Positions 10,754 to 20,376 of a stretch of 64,000 nt of DNA are shown in pieces (position 1 is the stretch's first letter; the number at the start of each line of letters is the position of its first letter). A program made the translations under genes and the position numbers. The stretch is from positions 224,001 to 288,000 of the forward strand of contig CAWKBC010000021.1 of NCBI GenBank assembly GCA_963847705.1. The letters are read 5' to 3'. The DNA comes from an uncultured Pseudomonadota bacterium (GTDB lineage Bacteria; Myxococcota_A; Polyangia; Fen-1088). Under the pieces are notes generated by a model that searched no databases, was not told the DNA's origin, and saw nothing but the letters and a program-made list of their open reading frames with translations.

Positions 10754-12441
10754 GGCGTCCCCGGCGTGAGCGCGTAGGCGGCGAGCGTGCCGTTCGCCTG
10801 CGCGACGTACACCTTCCCGCCGGCGATCGAGAGCCATCCGCCCGGCGTCGTGCTCCAGACCATCTGCTGGGCCGCGGTGTCGAAGGCGTAGACGTTGTTC
10901 GAGCTGGCGGCGTAGACGAACCTCCCCGCCACCACCGGCGGGAACGTCAGCCCGCTGTCGGCCGCGAAGGTCCAGAGGATGCTTCCGGTGGCGGCGTCGT
11001 TGGCGCGCAGCTGCCCGCCCGAGATCGCGTAGACGACGCCGTTGGCGACCGCCGGCATGCCGGCGTAGGCGCCGCCGGCCGTCCACTCGGGCGTGGTCTT
11101 GCCTGGCAGATAGGCCACCAGTGAAGGCGGCGCTACCAGATAGATCTTCTGGCCGTCCGAGACGGGCGCGGCGTTCATGCTGTAGGGCGTCCCCTTGTAC
11201 GGGACCTGGACCGACACCGTCTGCAGGACGGCGTTGGTCAACAGATCATTCGTCATCAGGTACCCGTCGACGTAGGTGTAGATCTGGCCGCCGAGGAACG
11301 TCGGGCTCCAGGAGTCCCATTGCGCGAACCCGCCGTTGAAGAAGATCTGCGTGCCGTCGGAAGCGCGCAGCCCGTAGAAGCCGCCGTAGCTCCCGCCGTC
11401 GAAGTAGAGGTACCCGGCCGGCGTCACCAGGGGTGCCCAGAGGTGATCCCACTGCGCGTTGATTGGCAGTGACCACAGCGGCTTCCCCGTCGAGGCCACG
11501 AAGCTGTACATGTACGTGCCGGGCGTGTTGTTGACCTGGGCAACGTAGACGTTCCCGCGATCCACGGTCGGCTGGCCCAGATCGGAGACGTTGCCGAAGT
11601 TGTACTGCCACAGCGTGTGGCCGTTCGAAGGATCGAGCGCCCACATCCGGGTCATCGCATCGAAGTAGCCGTTCTCGGCGACGTAGACGCGCGTGCCGTC
11701 GGAGACGACCGGCCAGAGGCCGCCGCTGGACGCCAGCGACGCGTTGACCGCCAGCGGCGCCGTCCAGGCGGGCGACAGCGGCGGCGTTCCCGTCTCATTG
11801 GCGTTGAACCCCGAGTGGTGAACGTCGCCGCCCAGCGTCGGCCAGCGGCTGGTCGGTCCGCGGCAAATCCCCTGGGTGCAGACCTCGTCGGTGTCGCAGA
11901 CGCTGTCGCAGCCGGGGACCGCCGCCGCGCCGCCCGCACCACCAGCGCCTGCGCCGCCCGTCGTCCCGGCGGCGGCGCCCGCGCCTGCTCCCGCCCCGCC
12001 GGCGTTGCCCGCCGCGCCCGCCGCGCCTCCGGTCCCGCTGGCGCCCGCCGAGCTGCCGGCCGCGCCGGCGGCAGCCTGCGCGCCGGCCGCACCGCCCGTC
12101 GCCTGCGTTCCGGCCGCACCGCCCGTCGCCTGCGTTCCGGCCGCACCACCGCCGCCCGCTTCTCCGGCGCCGCCGGTCGTCCCGGCGCTGTCCGCGCTAC
12201 CGCCGCTCCCCAATCCGGCCGCGCCGCCCGCGGCACCGGCGATGCCACCCCCGGCGAAGCCGCCCCCGCCATCGGTGCCGGGCTTTCCCGCCTGGCCACC
12301 GCTCCCCACTGCGCCGCCGCCCGGATGACCGCCGCCACCGCCCGTTCCGCCCTCGCCGGGGCCCGACGCGCACCCGGCAATGACGGCAATGACGAAGAGC
12401 AACGCACCCAGAGACGCCCATCGGACCAACGACCCGTTCAT
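10750..12441 (-). CDS. Lipoprotein with long Gly/Ala tether and PQQ-type (BamB-like) beta-propeller
   Basis: Lipobox IAGC; WPTLGGDVHHSG; repeated ALDPSNGHTLW / STGKPLW / DAATGSILW Trp-docking motifs. Confidence 0.88.
   Translation of the reverse strand: MNGSLVRWASLGALLFVIAVIAGCASGPGEGGTGGGGGHPGGGAVGSGGQAGKPGTDGGGGFAGGGIAGAAGGAAGLGSGGSADSAGTTGGAGEAGGGGAAGTQATGGAAGTQATGGAAGAQAAAGAAGSSAGASGTGGAAGAAGNAGGAGAGAGAAAGTTGGAGAGGAGGAAAVPGCDSVCDTDEVCTQGICRGPTSRWPTLGGDVHHSGFNANETGTPPLSPAWTAPLAVNASLASSGGLWPVVSDGTRVYVAENGYFDAMTRMWALDPSNGHTLWQYNFGNVSDLGQPTVDRGNVYVAQVNNTPGTYMYSFVASTGKPLWSLPINAQWDHLWAPLVTPAGYLYFDGGSYGGFYGLRASDGTQIFFNGGFAQWDSWSPTFLGGQIYTYVDGYLMTNDLLTNAVLQTVSVQVPYKGTPYSMNAAPVSDGQKIYLVAPPSLVAYLPGKTTPEWTAGGAYAGMPAVANGVVYAISGGQLRANDAATGSILWTFAADSGLTFPPVVAGRFVYAASSNNVYAFDTAAQQMVWSTTPGGWLSIAGGKVYVAQANGTLAAYALTPGTP
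12074..12147. repeat. 27-bp tandem repeat (2 full copies plus partials) encoding GGAAGTQAT in the tether
   Basis: CCGGCCGCACCGCCCGTCGCCTGCGTT at 12083-12109 and 12110-12136. Confidence 0.9.
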
Positions 12442-12555
12442 TGTGTCCCAGCGTACCCGACTCGAGGTGCGAAGACGCGAGCGATCAGACCGCCGCCAAC
12501 GTTCGCAACCGTTACGGTTATATTACTCGCGCTGCGACACGCCGCGGGCTTCGTA

Positions 12556-12783
12556 TGCATCGACTGGTACGAAGCCTACGCGTCCTGCATCTGGGGCGGC
12601 GGCTTTCTTCCCAGCGAAGCCGAATACGAATACGCTTGGCGGGCGGCGGCCAGCGGCGCGAATACCCGTGGGGGTCCGGTGACCCCGGGGAAATCGAGCA
12701 CCTACGCCATTTCGGCTGTGACCACGGCGGAGATGGTGGCGTCTGCACCGGGCTGGTCAACCTGGCGTCCGTCGGCACGGCCG
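12556..12783 (+). pseudogene. Frameshifted internal fragment of an FGE-sulfatase (SUMF1/EgtB/PvdO family) gene
   Basis: CIDWYEAYASCIWGGGFLPSEAEYEYA, then in another frame AGGGQRREYPWG...CTGLVNLASVGTA; no start or C-terminus. Confidence 0.75.
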
Positions 12784-12961
12784 TGCGCAAGATGGCCTTT
12801 GACCGGTGTCAGGGGGAAGAAGGACTGGATGATCCTGCCGGAGAGAGCGATGAAGAATTCGTCAGAGAGCGGTCGAATATTGCGTCACATCGCGGACAAA
12901 CATGGCGTTAGGGCGCGGACGGACCTCTCATCGATCACCGTTGCATCGTGGGGTCGCCGGC

Positions 12962-14929
12962 CTACGGGCCCGCTCCCTCCTGACCGCCCTGTCCTTGCAT
13001 CAATGCCTCGGCTCTCCTCAGATCGTCGAGCGCAGCAGGATCGTTCGGCTGAAGACGAGCCGCCGTGCGGAATTCAACGAGAGCATCAGCCAGGCGACTT
13101 GTTTCCGCGAGCACGATCCCCAGGCCGGTGTGCGCACCGGCGAGGGTAGGCGCGAGATCGATGCAACGGCGGAAGGTGGCCTCGGCTTCGGCGAACTGTC
13201 CGGTAGCTGAGAGTGCGTTGGCCTGGTTGAAGAGGTACGTCGGCGAGCGCGGATCAATCGAGACGGCGGTCGCGAGTGCCTGGAGAGCGCGCGCGGGTTG
13301 ATTCATCTTCATCAGCACGATGCCGAGGTTTGAAAAGTCGTCCGAAGTGACCTCGGGCGTCTTCTCGGCTTGGGCGATCGCCCGCTCGGCGTCGGAAGGC
13401 TGGTTCAAAGCGGTATAGACCTCCGCAAGGCTGATATAGGCCTTGGTGCGAGCAGGATCCTTCTCGACACACGCCTTGTAGTCAGCCAGCGCTTCCGTCA
13501 AATCGCCCCGGGCCAGCGCGGTGTCACCGAGGTTGCTGTAGGCAAATCCTGCGGCGGGGTTGACGTGTATCGTGTGACGAAGAAAGTCGGGGCTCGTCAG
13601 CCAGTGGCGACTCTGATTGAACGACAGTACGACGAGTGCGATGGACAACGCTGCGGCTCCAACCGTGGCGACCCGCTGAGGCCGTATGTGGTCGAGCGTG
13701 TCGGCGACGATGAGGCCGACACCGATCAGCGCAAGATAGACGTATCGATCGGCGACCGTCGAATAGGCTTGGTACGAGAACGGCACGAGACCCAGCGTCG
13801 GCAGCAGGAAAGTCGCGAAGACGACGGCACCGAACCAAGTGATCGGATGCCGGCGACGGTTCAGGTAAGCAGCAACGAGCAAGCCGACCGGGACTATCCA
13901 GGCCAGATAGGCCCATGCGTGAGACATCGCCGAGGTCGGTGTTCGGCCGTAGTCGACACCAAGGTTGATCGGCCAAAGTATCTTAAAGACGTAGAACGCC
14001 AAGGCGTCACCGGCGATAAAGGGTCGCTGCCACAGGACAGAAAGCCCACCCACGGGAACGCGCTGGATCGAGCGGGTCAGGAGGACGAATGGAACGGCGA
14101 CCGCAGCCCAGAGCGCCGCTCCCCCGAGCGCCTCCCGCCATCGCGTCTGCAAGATGATGCGATCCGTCGCCAGCGCCACGAGGGGTAGAACTGCAGCGCT
14201 CGGCTTGCAGAGCACGGCGCAAATCACCAAGAGGGCGGAGACGGCCGTCAGCTTGCGGGAGTGGACGCTATTGCTCTCCTGTCGCGACAGAACAAATACG
14301 TTGAGCGCCGCCAAGCCGAAGGCGCTGCTGGTGAGACCGCGCAGCTCGGAGATCCAGGCGACGCTCTCCACCTGCAAAGGGTGCAGAGCGAACACCAGCG
14401 AACAGAGCAGCGCGGTGCGCGTGCGTCCCGTGAGGCGCCGCGCCAGCCGAAAGCACAACCACGCGTTACCCAGGTGCAGGACGACGCTGACCACGTGAAA
14501 GGCCGTGGGGTCCAGGCTGAGGGCCTGACCGAGCGAGCTGTCGACGTGCGACGGAACCCCCGCGAGCCTGGCGATTACGGCGAGGACTGTGTAAGCGAGC
14601 GGGATGTAGAGCTGCTGGTAGGAGTGCTGCCAGAATCGAGCGACGCTCTCCAGCGTCGGCGGGTTCAGAAACGGGTTGGCGTAGATCTGGTAGTCGTCGT
14701 CGAACAGTACGAAGCCAGCCGAGAAAAGCCGCTCGAAGGCCAACAACACGAGGGCGGACAGAGTCAACGTCGGCCACCGGAAGAACCACGGTGCTGGCCG
14801 GTCACTGTCGTCCGACGGCAGTGTCCCGCCGGTCTCTGCCGAAGGGATCGCGCGGGACGAGCGGGACTTTCCCCGTGGCCCCCGCGCCCCAGTACGTCCC
14901 CTGCTAACGCGCGTGGTTCGGTTCTTCAA
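12962..14929 (-). CDS. Multi-TM GT-C-type protein with C-terminal TPRs (TMTC-like O-mannosyltransferase family)
   Basis: FVLFDDDYQIY, FALHPLQVESVAWISE, LCKPSA, VADRYVYL, followed by several TPR repeats. Confidence 0.85.
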   Translation of the reverse strand: MKNRTTRVSRGRTGARGPRGKSRSSRAIPSAETGGTLPSDDSDRPAPWFFRWPTLTLSALVLLAFERLFSAGFVLFDDDYQIYANPFLNPPTLESVARFWQHSYQQLYIPLAYTVLAVIARLAGVPSHVDSSLGQALSLDPTAFHVVSVVLHLGNAWLCFRLARRLTGRTRTALLCSLVFALHPLQVESVAWISELRGLTSSAFGLAALNVFVLSRQESNSVHSRKLTAVSALLVICAVLCKPSAAVLPLVALATDRIILQTRWREALGGAALWAAVAVPFVLLTRSIQRVPVGGLSVLWQRPFIAGDALAFYVFKILWPINLGVDYGRTPTSAMSHAWAYLAWIVPVGLLVAAYLNRRRHPITWFGAVVFATFLLPTLGLVPFSYQAYSTVADRYVYLALIGVGLIVADTLDHIRPQRVATVGAAALSIALVVLSFNQSRHWLTSPDFLRHTIHVNPAAGFAYSNLGDTALARGDLTEALADYKACVEKDPARTKAYISLAEVYTALNQPSDAERAIAQAEKTPEVTSDDFSNLGIVLMKMNQPARALQALATAVSIDPRSPTYLFNQANALSATGQFAEAEATFRRCIDLAPTLAGAHTGLGIVLAETSRLADALVEFRTAARLQPNDPAALDDLRRAEALMQGQGGQEGAGP

Positions 14930-15114
14930 AAGGGCGCTGCTCCGATTGCGATCAGCGGGCGAGTCTCATCAAGGAGAACCCATTCGCGGTCCCGTCGCTC
15001 GCACTATACGTTGTATTGAGCCAATAGGTGCCCGCGCGCGCCATGGTCTTCCGGCGCCGTCGGACAAAGCGCTGGAACGATCCGACCGAGCCGGAGGACG
15101 ACTTCCGTAGAACC

Positions 15115-16095
15115 CTACTGCACCGACACGATCGGGCAGTTCACCAGTGGACCCGCCGCAACCATGGTGGCGGCCATGGCGGTCGTGAGGTTCGTAACCG
15201 AGCTGAAGGCGGCGTTGTCGTAGATGCTGACCGCCCACAATGGCGAGTAGCCAGTCTGGCCGGGAACGACCGACACCACATTGTGGGTCTGCATCGTGCC
15301 GGTCTCGGTCTCGAAGCCCGACGGGGGGCCGCCGTTCGGCTGGCTGGGATTGATGTTGAACGCCACGTAGATCGGCGCCGTCGGGACGGCTCCGTTCGTG
15401 ACCGTCAGCGTCGCCTCGAAGAAGTTGAAATAGTTGACGACCTGGTCGCGATACCAGCCCTGCGTGAGGCCAGTCGAGCCACCGCCGATACGGAGGCTGG
15501 CGGTGGAACCCGCCGGAACCACTGGACAGTTCACGAGCATGTTGGTCGGCGTGATGGTGTAACCCGCCGCTTGAATCTCGGTGAGGCTCGCGATGGTGTT
15601 GGCGACGTAACCGCTGGGGACAGTCACCATCATCACCTGCCAGAAGTCGTTGTAACCGGTGTCACCCGGGAGCACGTCGATCACGTTGAGCTGTCCAGCC
15701 ACCGGCGAAGTGGCGCCCGCGACGAAGAAGGCATAGATGGGCGCCGGCGTGGCCGGCTGGACGTCGAAGTTGTAGTACTTCACGATTTGGCCCGTCGGTC
15801 CGAGGCCTTGCGTGATGAACGGTCCCTGGTCGAAGTTGACCGCCGCGTTCGCTGCCGGGAGGCCGTTGCTGGAGCTCCGGACTTGCAGGTGGCCAGCCTG
15901 GGCTGAGAAGCGATCGACCGAGGCTACCGTGGCGGTAGCGGGATCGTGGACCGTCGCGGCACCGCCAGTGCCACCGGCTCCGGTCGGCCCACCGCTCGAG
16001 CTGCTGCAGGCGGAGAGGGCGATTACCCCACAGCCGGTGACGGCGCGGACCAGCGTGAACAGACGCAGACGACGCGGACGTGAGATGTGTGACAT
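15115..16095 (-). CDS. Lipoprotein with two copies of an uncharacterised domain
   Basis: GGAGG RBS; lipobox LSAC; NVIDVLPGDTGYNDFWQV and NVVSVVPGQTGYSPLWAV, each followed by VNCP.V. Confidence 0.8.
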   Translation of the reverse strand: MSHISRPRRLRLFTLVRAVTGCGVIALSACSSSSGGPTGAGGTGGAATVHDPATATVASVDRFSAQAGHLQVRSSSNGLPAANAAVNFDQGPFITQGLGPTGQIVKYYNFDVQPATPAPIYAFFVAGATSPVAGQLNVIDVLPGDTGYNDFWQVMMVTVPSGYVANTIASLTEIQAAGYTITPTNMLVNCPVVPAGSTASLRIGGGSTGLTQGWYRDQVVNYFNFFEATLTVTNGAVPTAPIYVAFNINPSQPNGGPPSGFETETGTMQTHNVVSVVPGQTGYSPLWAVSIYDNAAFSSVTNLTTAMAATMVAAGPLVNCPIVSVQ

Positions 16096-16338
16096 GGCTT
16101 GTCCTCCAAGGTGATTCGAGAGCTGCTGGGGCACCTACGCCGGCCGGTGGTTTCGGTTACGGGACATTCGCCTGGTCATGAGAGGCAGCCCACAGGACAA
16201 AACAGGGAGGGGCGGCGTTCCGCCCGGCGGGCAATGAGCTGGATGGCCGACGGTAACGACCCCCCGCCTTGCTGACGTCGTGTTGACGTCGTCATCGGGG
16301 GAGGAGGATTCGGTGGACTGGGAGCGGCGAACGTGGCC

Positions 16339-16551
16339 CTAGGGACAGCAGCCGCCGCGATGAGAGCTGAGCAGAAGGGGCCCCCGACCCACGACGTCGG
16401 CGAGGGACCTCTTACGCCCCTCCATGTCGCGCGCATGCAGATCAGGAACGTGCGTACCCACCTCCGTCGGGGAGCTGGCCCCCACCTTCCCGCCACGTGA
16501 CGAGTTCGAGCGGCTGCATCCCACGGCCGCAACTGCTACCGTGACCAGCAC
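16339..16551 (-). pseudogene. Decayed lipoprotein-type AhpC/TSA peroxiredoxin-like gene (5' part)
   Basis: AVGC lipobox, VGTHVPDL..DMEGRKRSLAD..GPLLL, HRGGCCP-TAG in place of YRGGWCPxC. Confidence 0.6.
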
Positions 16552-16562
16552 GCCTCGCCACG

Positions 16563-17234
16563 TCAGCCGCGGAGGCGCCGGAGCGTGTCGAGGAGTGCGG
16601 CGGGTTCGAGCCGCTTGGTGTAGTCGGGATCAGCGAACGCGAGCCGTACGATACCCGCCGAATCAATGACGAAGGTGCCCGGGACGGGCAGCTCCCAGGA
16701 GTCGTCGCCATTGAACTTGGGAGGTTCGTTCCCGAACATCTTCTGGAGGGACTGCAAGCCATCGGAGAGCTTGAACACCAATCCGTACGCCCGCGCGACC
16801 CCGTTCCGTGCGTCGCTCAGAACGGAGAAGCGAAGGCCTTTCGTCTCGGCCGTCGAGAGCGAGTTGTCAGGCGTCTGGGGCGAGACTGCGATCAACTTCG
16901 CACCGAGCGCCTCAATCGCAGGCAGGATGGCCTGATACGCCCGCAACTGCAGGTTGCAAAAGGGACACCAGCCGCCACGGTAGAACGTGACCACGGCCGG
17001 TCCCTTTGCGAGGACCTCAGCGAGGTGGACTGTGCCTCCACGCGCCTCGGGTAGCGTGAAGTCGGGTGCGGGCGACCCGACCTTTGGGCTCTCTGCGCCG
17101 TAAGAAGAACGGGCCAGGCGCTCGAGCTCGGCGCCGGCGGCTCTCAGCACCTCTGGCGGAGCCTGGCCCGCGACCTCCCTTTGAAACAGGCCGATCGCAT
17201 CTTTCAAGCTCGTGGCGCTGATCTCAAAGGTCAT
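16563..17234 (-). CDS. Peroxiredoxin-like protein (AhpC/TSA family)
   Basis: APDFTLP, FYRGGWCPFCNLQL, LPVPGTFVID. Confidence 0.9.
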   Translation of the reverse strand: MTFEISATSLKDAIGLFQREVAGQAPPEVLRAAGAELERLARSSYGAESPKVGSPAPDFTLPEARGGTVHLAEVLAKGPAVVTFYRGGWCPFCNLQLRAYQAILPAIEALGAKLIAVSPQTPDNSLSTAETKGLRFSVLSDARNGVARAYGLVFKLSDGLQSLQKMFGNEPPKFNGDDSWELPVPGTFVIDSAGIVRLAFADPDYTKRLEPAALLDTLRRLRG

Positions 17235-17437
17235 GATGCGATCCTTGGTCCCTCGATGGACCGTTCGATGCGGTGGAGTGCTCTTTTCAGGAGGGAGGCT
17301 TGGGTACGTCAAGCCGGCGTCAGGTTGTCGCCCGTCGCGCAGGAGCCCGTGTTCGACGGAGCACCGGCGCGCTTTTGGGAAATCTCCCGACGACTCGCAC
17401 GGCCTGGTGGGCGCGCGCCGATGTTTATTTTGCGGGC

Positions 17438-18454
17438 ATGGCGACGATGCGAGTGGTGCAAGTGGCGAAAGCGGGCGGTCCCTTCGAGCTGGTCGAGCGG
17501 CCAATCCCGGATCCTGGTCCGGGGACGGTGAGGGTCAAGGTCGAGGCCTGCGGCGTCTGCCACAGCGACGTGATCGTCAGGCAGGGGGCGCTGCCCGTCA
17601 CCTACCCGCGCGTGCCCGGACACGAGGTCGCGGGTGTCGTCGACGCGCTCGGCGCCGGTGTCACCGGCTGGACCGTCGGCCAACGCGTGGGGGTCGGCTG
17701 GAATGGCGGCTATGACGGCGTCTGTGCCGCTTGCCGCCGCGGCGAGCTCTTCGCGTGCGTTACCCGTCCGGTGACGGGCCTCAGCTTCGACGGAGGGTAC
17801 GCCGACTACATGCTCGCCCCCGCCGCCGCGCTGGCGGCGATCCCCCCCGAGCTGTCGGCGCTCGAGGCGGCGCCCCTGATGTGCGCGGGCGTCACCATGT
17901 TCACCGCGCTGCGAAACGCAGCCACACAGCCGGGCGATCTGGTCGCCGTGTTCGGCCTGGGGGGCCTCGGCCACCTCGGCGTGCAACTGGCCGCCAAGAT
18001 GGGCTTGCGCACCGTCGCCATCGCGCGCGGCGCCGACAAGGAAGTGCTGGCCCGGAAGCTGGGCGCCTGGCGCTACATCGACAACCAGGCGGGCGACCCG
18101 GCGGCGGCACTGCAGAAGCTGGGCGGCGCCAGAGCGGTCGTCTCCACGGTCACCGACGGCACCGCGCTGGCGTCGGTTCTGGGCGGTCTCGCGCCGAACG
18201 GCAACCTGATGGTCGTGGGCGCCGCCGGAAACATGACGATATCGACCAGCGCGCTCCTCTTCGATCAGCGATCGATCCGGGGCGTCTACTCCGGCGTCGC
18301 GAGCGATTCGGAGGCCACGATGGCGTTCAGCGCCCTCACCGGCGTGCGGCCCATGACGGAGGTCTACCCGCTCGAACGCGTCGACGAAGCGTACGACCGG
18401 ATGCTGAGCGGCGCCGTGCGCTTCCGCTCCGTGCTGGCGATCAGGAGTCAGTAG
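17438..18454 (+). CDS. Zinc-dependent alcohol dehydrogenase
   Basis: CGVCHSD, PGHEVAG, structural Zn C..C......C, GLGGLG. Confidence 0.92.
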   Translation: MATMRVVQVAKAGGPFELVERPIPDPGPGTVRVKVEACGVCHSDVIVRQGALPVTYPRVPGHEVAGVVDALGAGVTGWTVGQRVGVGWNGGYDGVCAACRRGELFACVTRPVTGLSFDGGYADYMLAPAAALAAIPPELSALEAAPLMCAGVTMFTALRNAATQPGDLVAVFGLGGLGHLGVQLAAKMGLRTVAIARGADKEVLARKLGAWRYIDNQAGDPAAALQKLGGARAVVSTVTDGTALASVLGGLAPNGNLMVVGAAGNMTISTSALLFDQRSIRGVYSGVASDSEATMAFSALTGVRPMTEVYPLERVDEAYDRMLSGAVRFRSVLAIRSQ

Positions 18455-18565
18455 AGGAGCCCGGTCATCTGGTCATGTCGAGCACGGCGCGGAGGCCGCG
18501 TCGAAGCGCGGCTTCCAGACCCGGAGCGCGGAGCTCGACCTGGCGCGCTTGCTGGGCGAGCCGGA

Positions 18566-18679
18566 TTGATCGCGAAGGCTCGCAGCTTCACCGACCTTTA
18601 CCAGGCCATGGTCGCCCTCTACCCCAAGCGCGTGAACCGCGGCGTCCTCTGGAACGCGGCGAAGTCGTTCATGTCCTGA
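18566..18679 (+). pseudogene. Orphan C-terminal fragment resembling an MBL-fold metallo-hydrolase
   Basis: SFTDLYQAMVALYPKRVNRGVLWNAAKSFMS-stop resembles the LYxxMLxxYPxRVNxGxLW tail of that family; no upstream coding region. Confidence 0.45.
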
Positions 18680-18710
18680 GCTGGTCACCTCGACACCGGG
18701 CTTGGCTTGG

Positions 18711-19226
18711 TCACGCCTTCGCTTCAGGCACCCGACCGGCGGCCTGGGAGAGCAGCGCCTCGACCTTCGCGTCGAGATCGCGCGCGACCTGGAGAGCGTG
18801 CGGGTCGCCGTACGGTGCCAGCAGGCTCGCGACGCGATCATAGGAGAGCTGCACCGCGCCCTGGCGCTCGTCGATCAACAGGGTCACCGGCGCGTACGAA
18901 CCGGCGTCGGGGGTTCCGCGCAGCATCTCCCGCATGGTGACCGGGTTTCCGACAATCAGTCGGAGCACGTTGCGCTCGATCGGAGGCGCGTCTTTCTGCA
19001 ACATCACGCCGAGATCGAAGCGCATGAATTCCATCAGCTCCAGCGGCCCCGCCGCCGCGGCGACGAGCTGGTTCACCTCGTCGGGCGTCGCGGCCGCCTG
19101 TAATTTCTGAAAGAGCTCACCGACGTTCGGACGACCGAGCGCCCCCTCGATGTGGGCGACGACCTCGGAAAAGTTCCGCGAAGTCGTCAGCGTGACTCTT
19201 TCACCGTTGAAGGCGTGGATGGCCAT
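18711..19226 (-). CDS. DUF302 domain protein
   Basis: LIVGNPVTMREML...AGSYAPVTLLIDE...SYDRVAS...LDAKVEAL. Confidence 0.85.
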   Translation of the reverse strand: MAIHAFNGERVTLTTSRNFSEVVAHIEGALGRPNVGELFQKLQAAATPDEVNQLVAAAAGPLELMEFMRFDLGVMLQKDAPPIERNVLRLIVGNPVTMREMLRGTPDAGSYAPVTLLIDERQGAVQLSYDRVASLLAPYGDPHALQVARDLDAKVEALLSQAAGRVPEAKA

Positions 19227-19313
19227 TTTCGTCTCCCTTGCGATTTGCGGCGACTGCTTATCGCCCGCAATGTAGGGGCGTGGCTAAACATGGGGGCAGA
19301 AAAGGAGCTCCCC

Positions 19314-20147
19314 ATGAACATCTTTCGACGGTCCGTCATCTACCGCTGCCTCGGCGCCGCCACCCTCCTCGCGCTCGCCGCTTTCTGCAACGGCACCCCG
19401 GCGAACGCCGCCACTGAGGAGGAGGCGCCGGCCTCGCCGCTCCAGGGTCACGCCAAACCGGCCATTCTCCTCGTTCACGGAGCTTTCGCCGACGCGCTCG
19501 CCTGGCAGCAGGTCATCGCGCTCCTCCAGCAGCGCGGCTACACGGTCGTCGCCGTCGAGAACCCCCTCACCTCTCTGGCCACCGATGTGGCCACCACCCA
19601 GCGCGCCATCGCCGCCCTCGCCGACAAGGGGCCACTGGTGGTCGTCGGTCACTCCTACGGCGGCATGGTCATCACCGGCGCCGCGGTCGGTGTGCCCCAG
19701 GTCAAGGCCCTGGTCTACATCAACGCCTTCGCCCCCGACCCCGGCCAGTCGGTCAGCAATCTCCTCGCCACCGCCCCGCCCACCAAGCTCGGGGCCGCGC
19801 TGCTGCCGCCGGACCCCGCCGGGTTCCTGTTCGTCGATCCCGCCCTGTTCCGCGCCGCCTTCAGCGCCGATGTCTCGGTCGCCGAGTCCAACGTCGCGGC
19901 CGTTTCCCAGAAGCCGATCTTCGCCGGCGCCTTCGGCGCGACACTCGCCGCCGTCGCCTGGAAGACCATCCCTTCGTGGTACCTGGTCGGCAAGCAGGAC
20001 CAGGCCATCAACCCCGACTCCGAGCGGGCGATGGCGAAGCACATCGGCGCCCACACCGTCGAGATCGACTCCAGCCACGTCTCCTTCATCTCCCACCCCC
20101 ACGCCGTCGTCGAACTGATCGAAGAGGCGGTCCACGGCGTGCACTGA
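19314..20147 (+). CDS. Secreted alpha/beta hydrolase
   Basis: AAGGAG RBS, signal peptide, LVHGAFAD, GHSYGG nucleophile elbow, DQAI, SSHVS. Confidence 0.9.
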   Translation: MNIFRRSVIYRCLGAATLLALAAFCNGTPANAATEEEAPASPLQGHAKPAILLVHGAFADALAWQQVIALLQQRGYTVVAVENPLTSLATDVATTQRAIAALADKGPLVVVGHSYGGMVITGAAVGVPQVKALVYINAFAPDPGQSVSNLLATAPPTKLGAALLPPDPAGFLFVDPALFRAAFSADVSVAESNVAAVSQKPIFAGAFGATLAAVAWKTIPSWYLVGKQDQAINPDSERAMAKHIGAHTVEIDSSHVSFISHPHAVVELIEEAVHGVH

Positions 20148-20376
20148 CAACGACGCCTCCCCTGGCTCGTACGCTGGAATGACCCGTGCTCTCCACTCGG
20201 TCAATTGCCACCGTGGCCGCCGGTGTCGTCTTCATGATCGCCACATCGCCAGCTCAAAAGTCGCGACGGGGGCCTTGTCGGTCCAGGACAGGTGCATATA
20301 CCGGGGGCCGAGTTCCCTACCCACACGCCTGATACCATCAACGGCTCTCCGCCCGGGGGCGCGGCGACACTCCGAA

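Noticed and set aside
7828-11124. 1098-aa plus-strand ORF and similar long Arg/Pro-rich ORFs throughout
   Set aside because: Antisense or alternate-frame shadows of real genes in high-GC DNA, with no recognisable motifs.
10300-12330. CRISPR array or non-coding repeat element
   Set aside because: The repeats are in-frame 18- and 27-bp units encoding Gly-rich tethers; no spacers or cas genes.
5598-12783. Diversity-generating retroelement (DUF1566 and FGE-type domains can be DGR targets)
   Set aside because: No reverse transcriptase and no template/variable repeat pair differing at adenines was seen in the window.
16339-16345. Selenocysteine or pyrrolysine readthrough in the peroxiredoxin-like relic
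   Set aside because: The stop is TAG at the Tyr/Phe position, neighbouring motif residues are also mutated, and homology does not resume.
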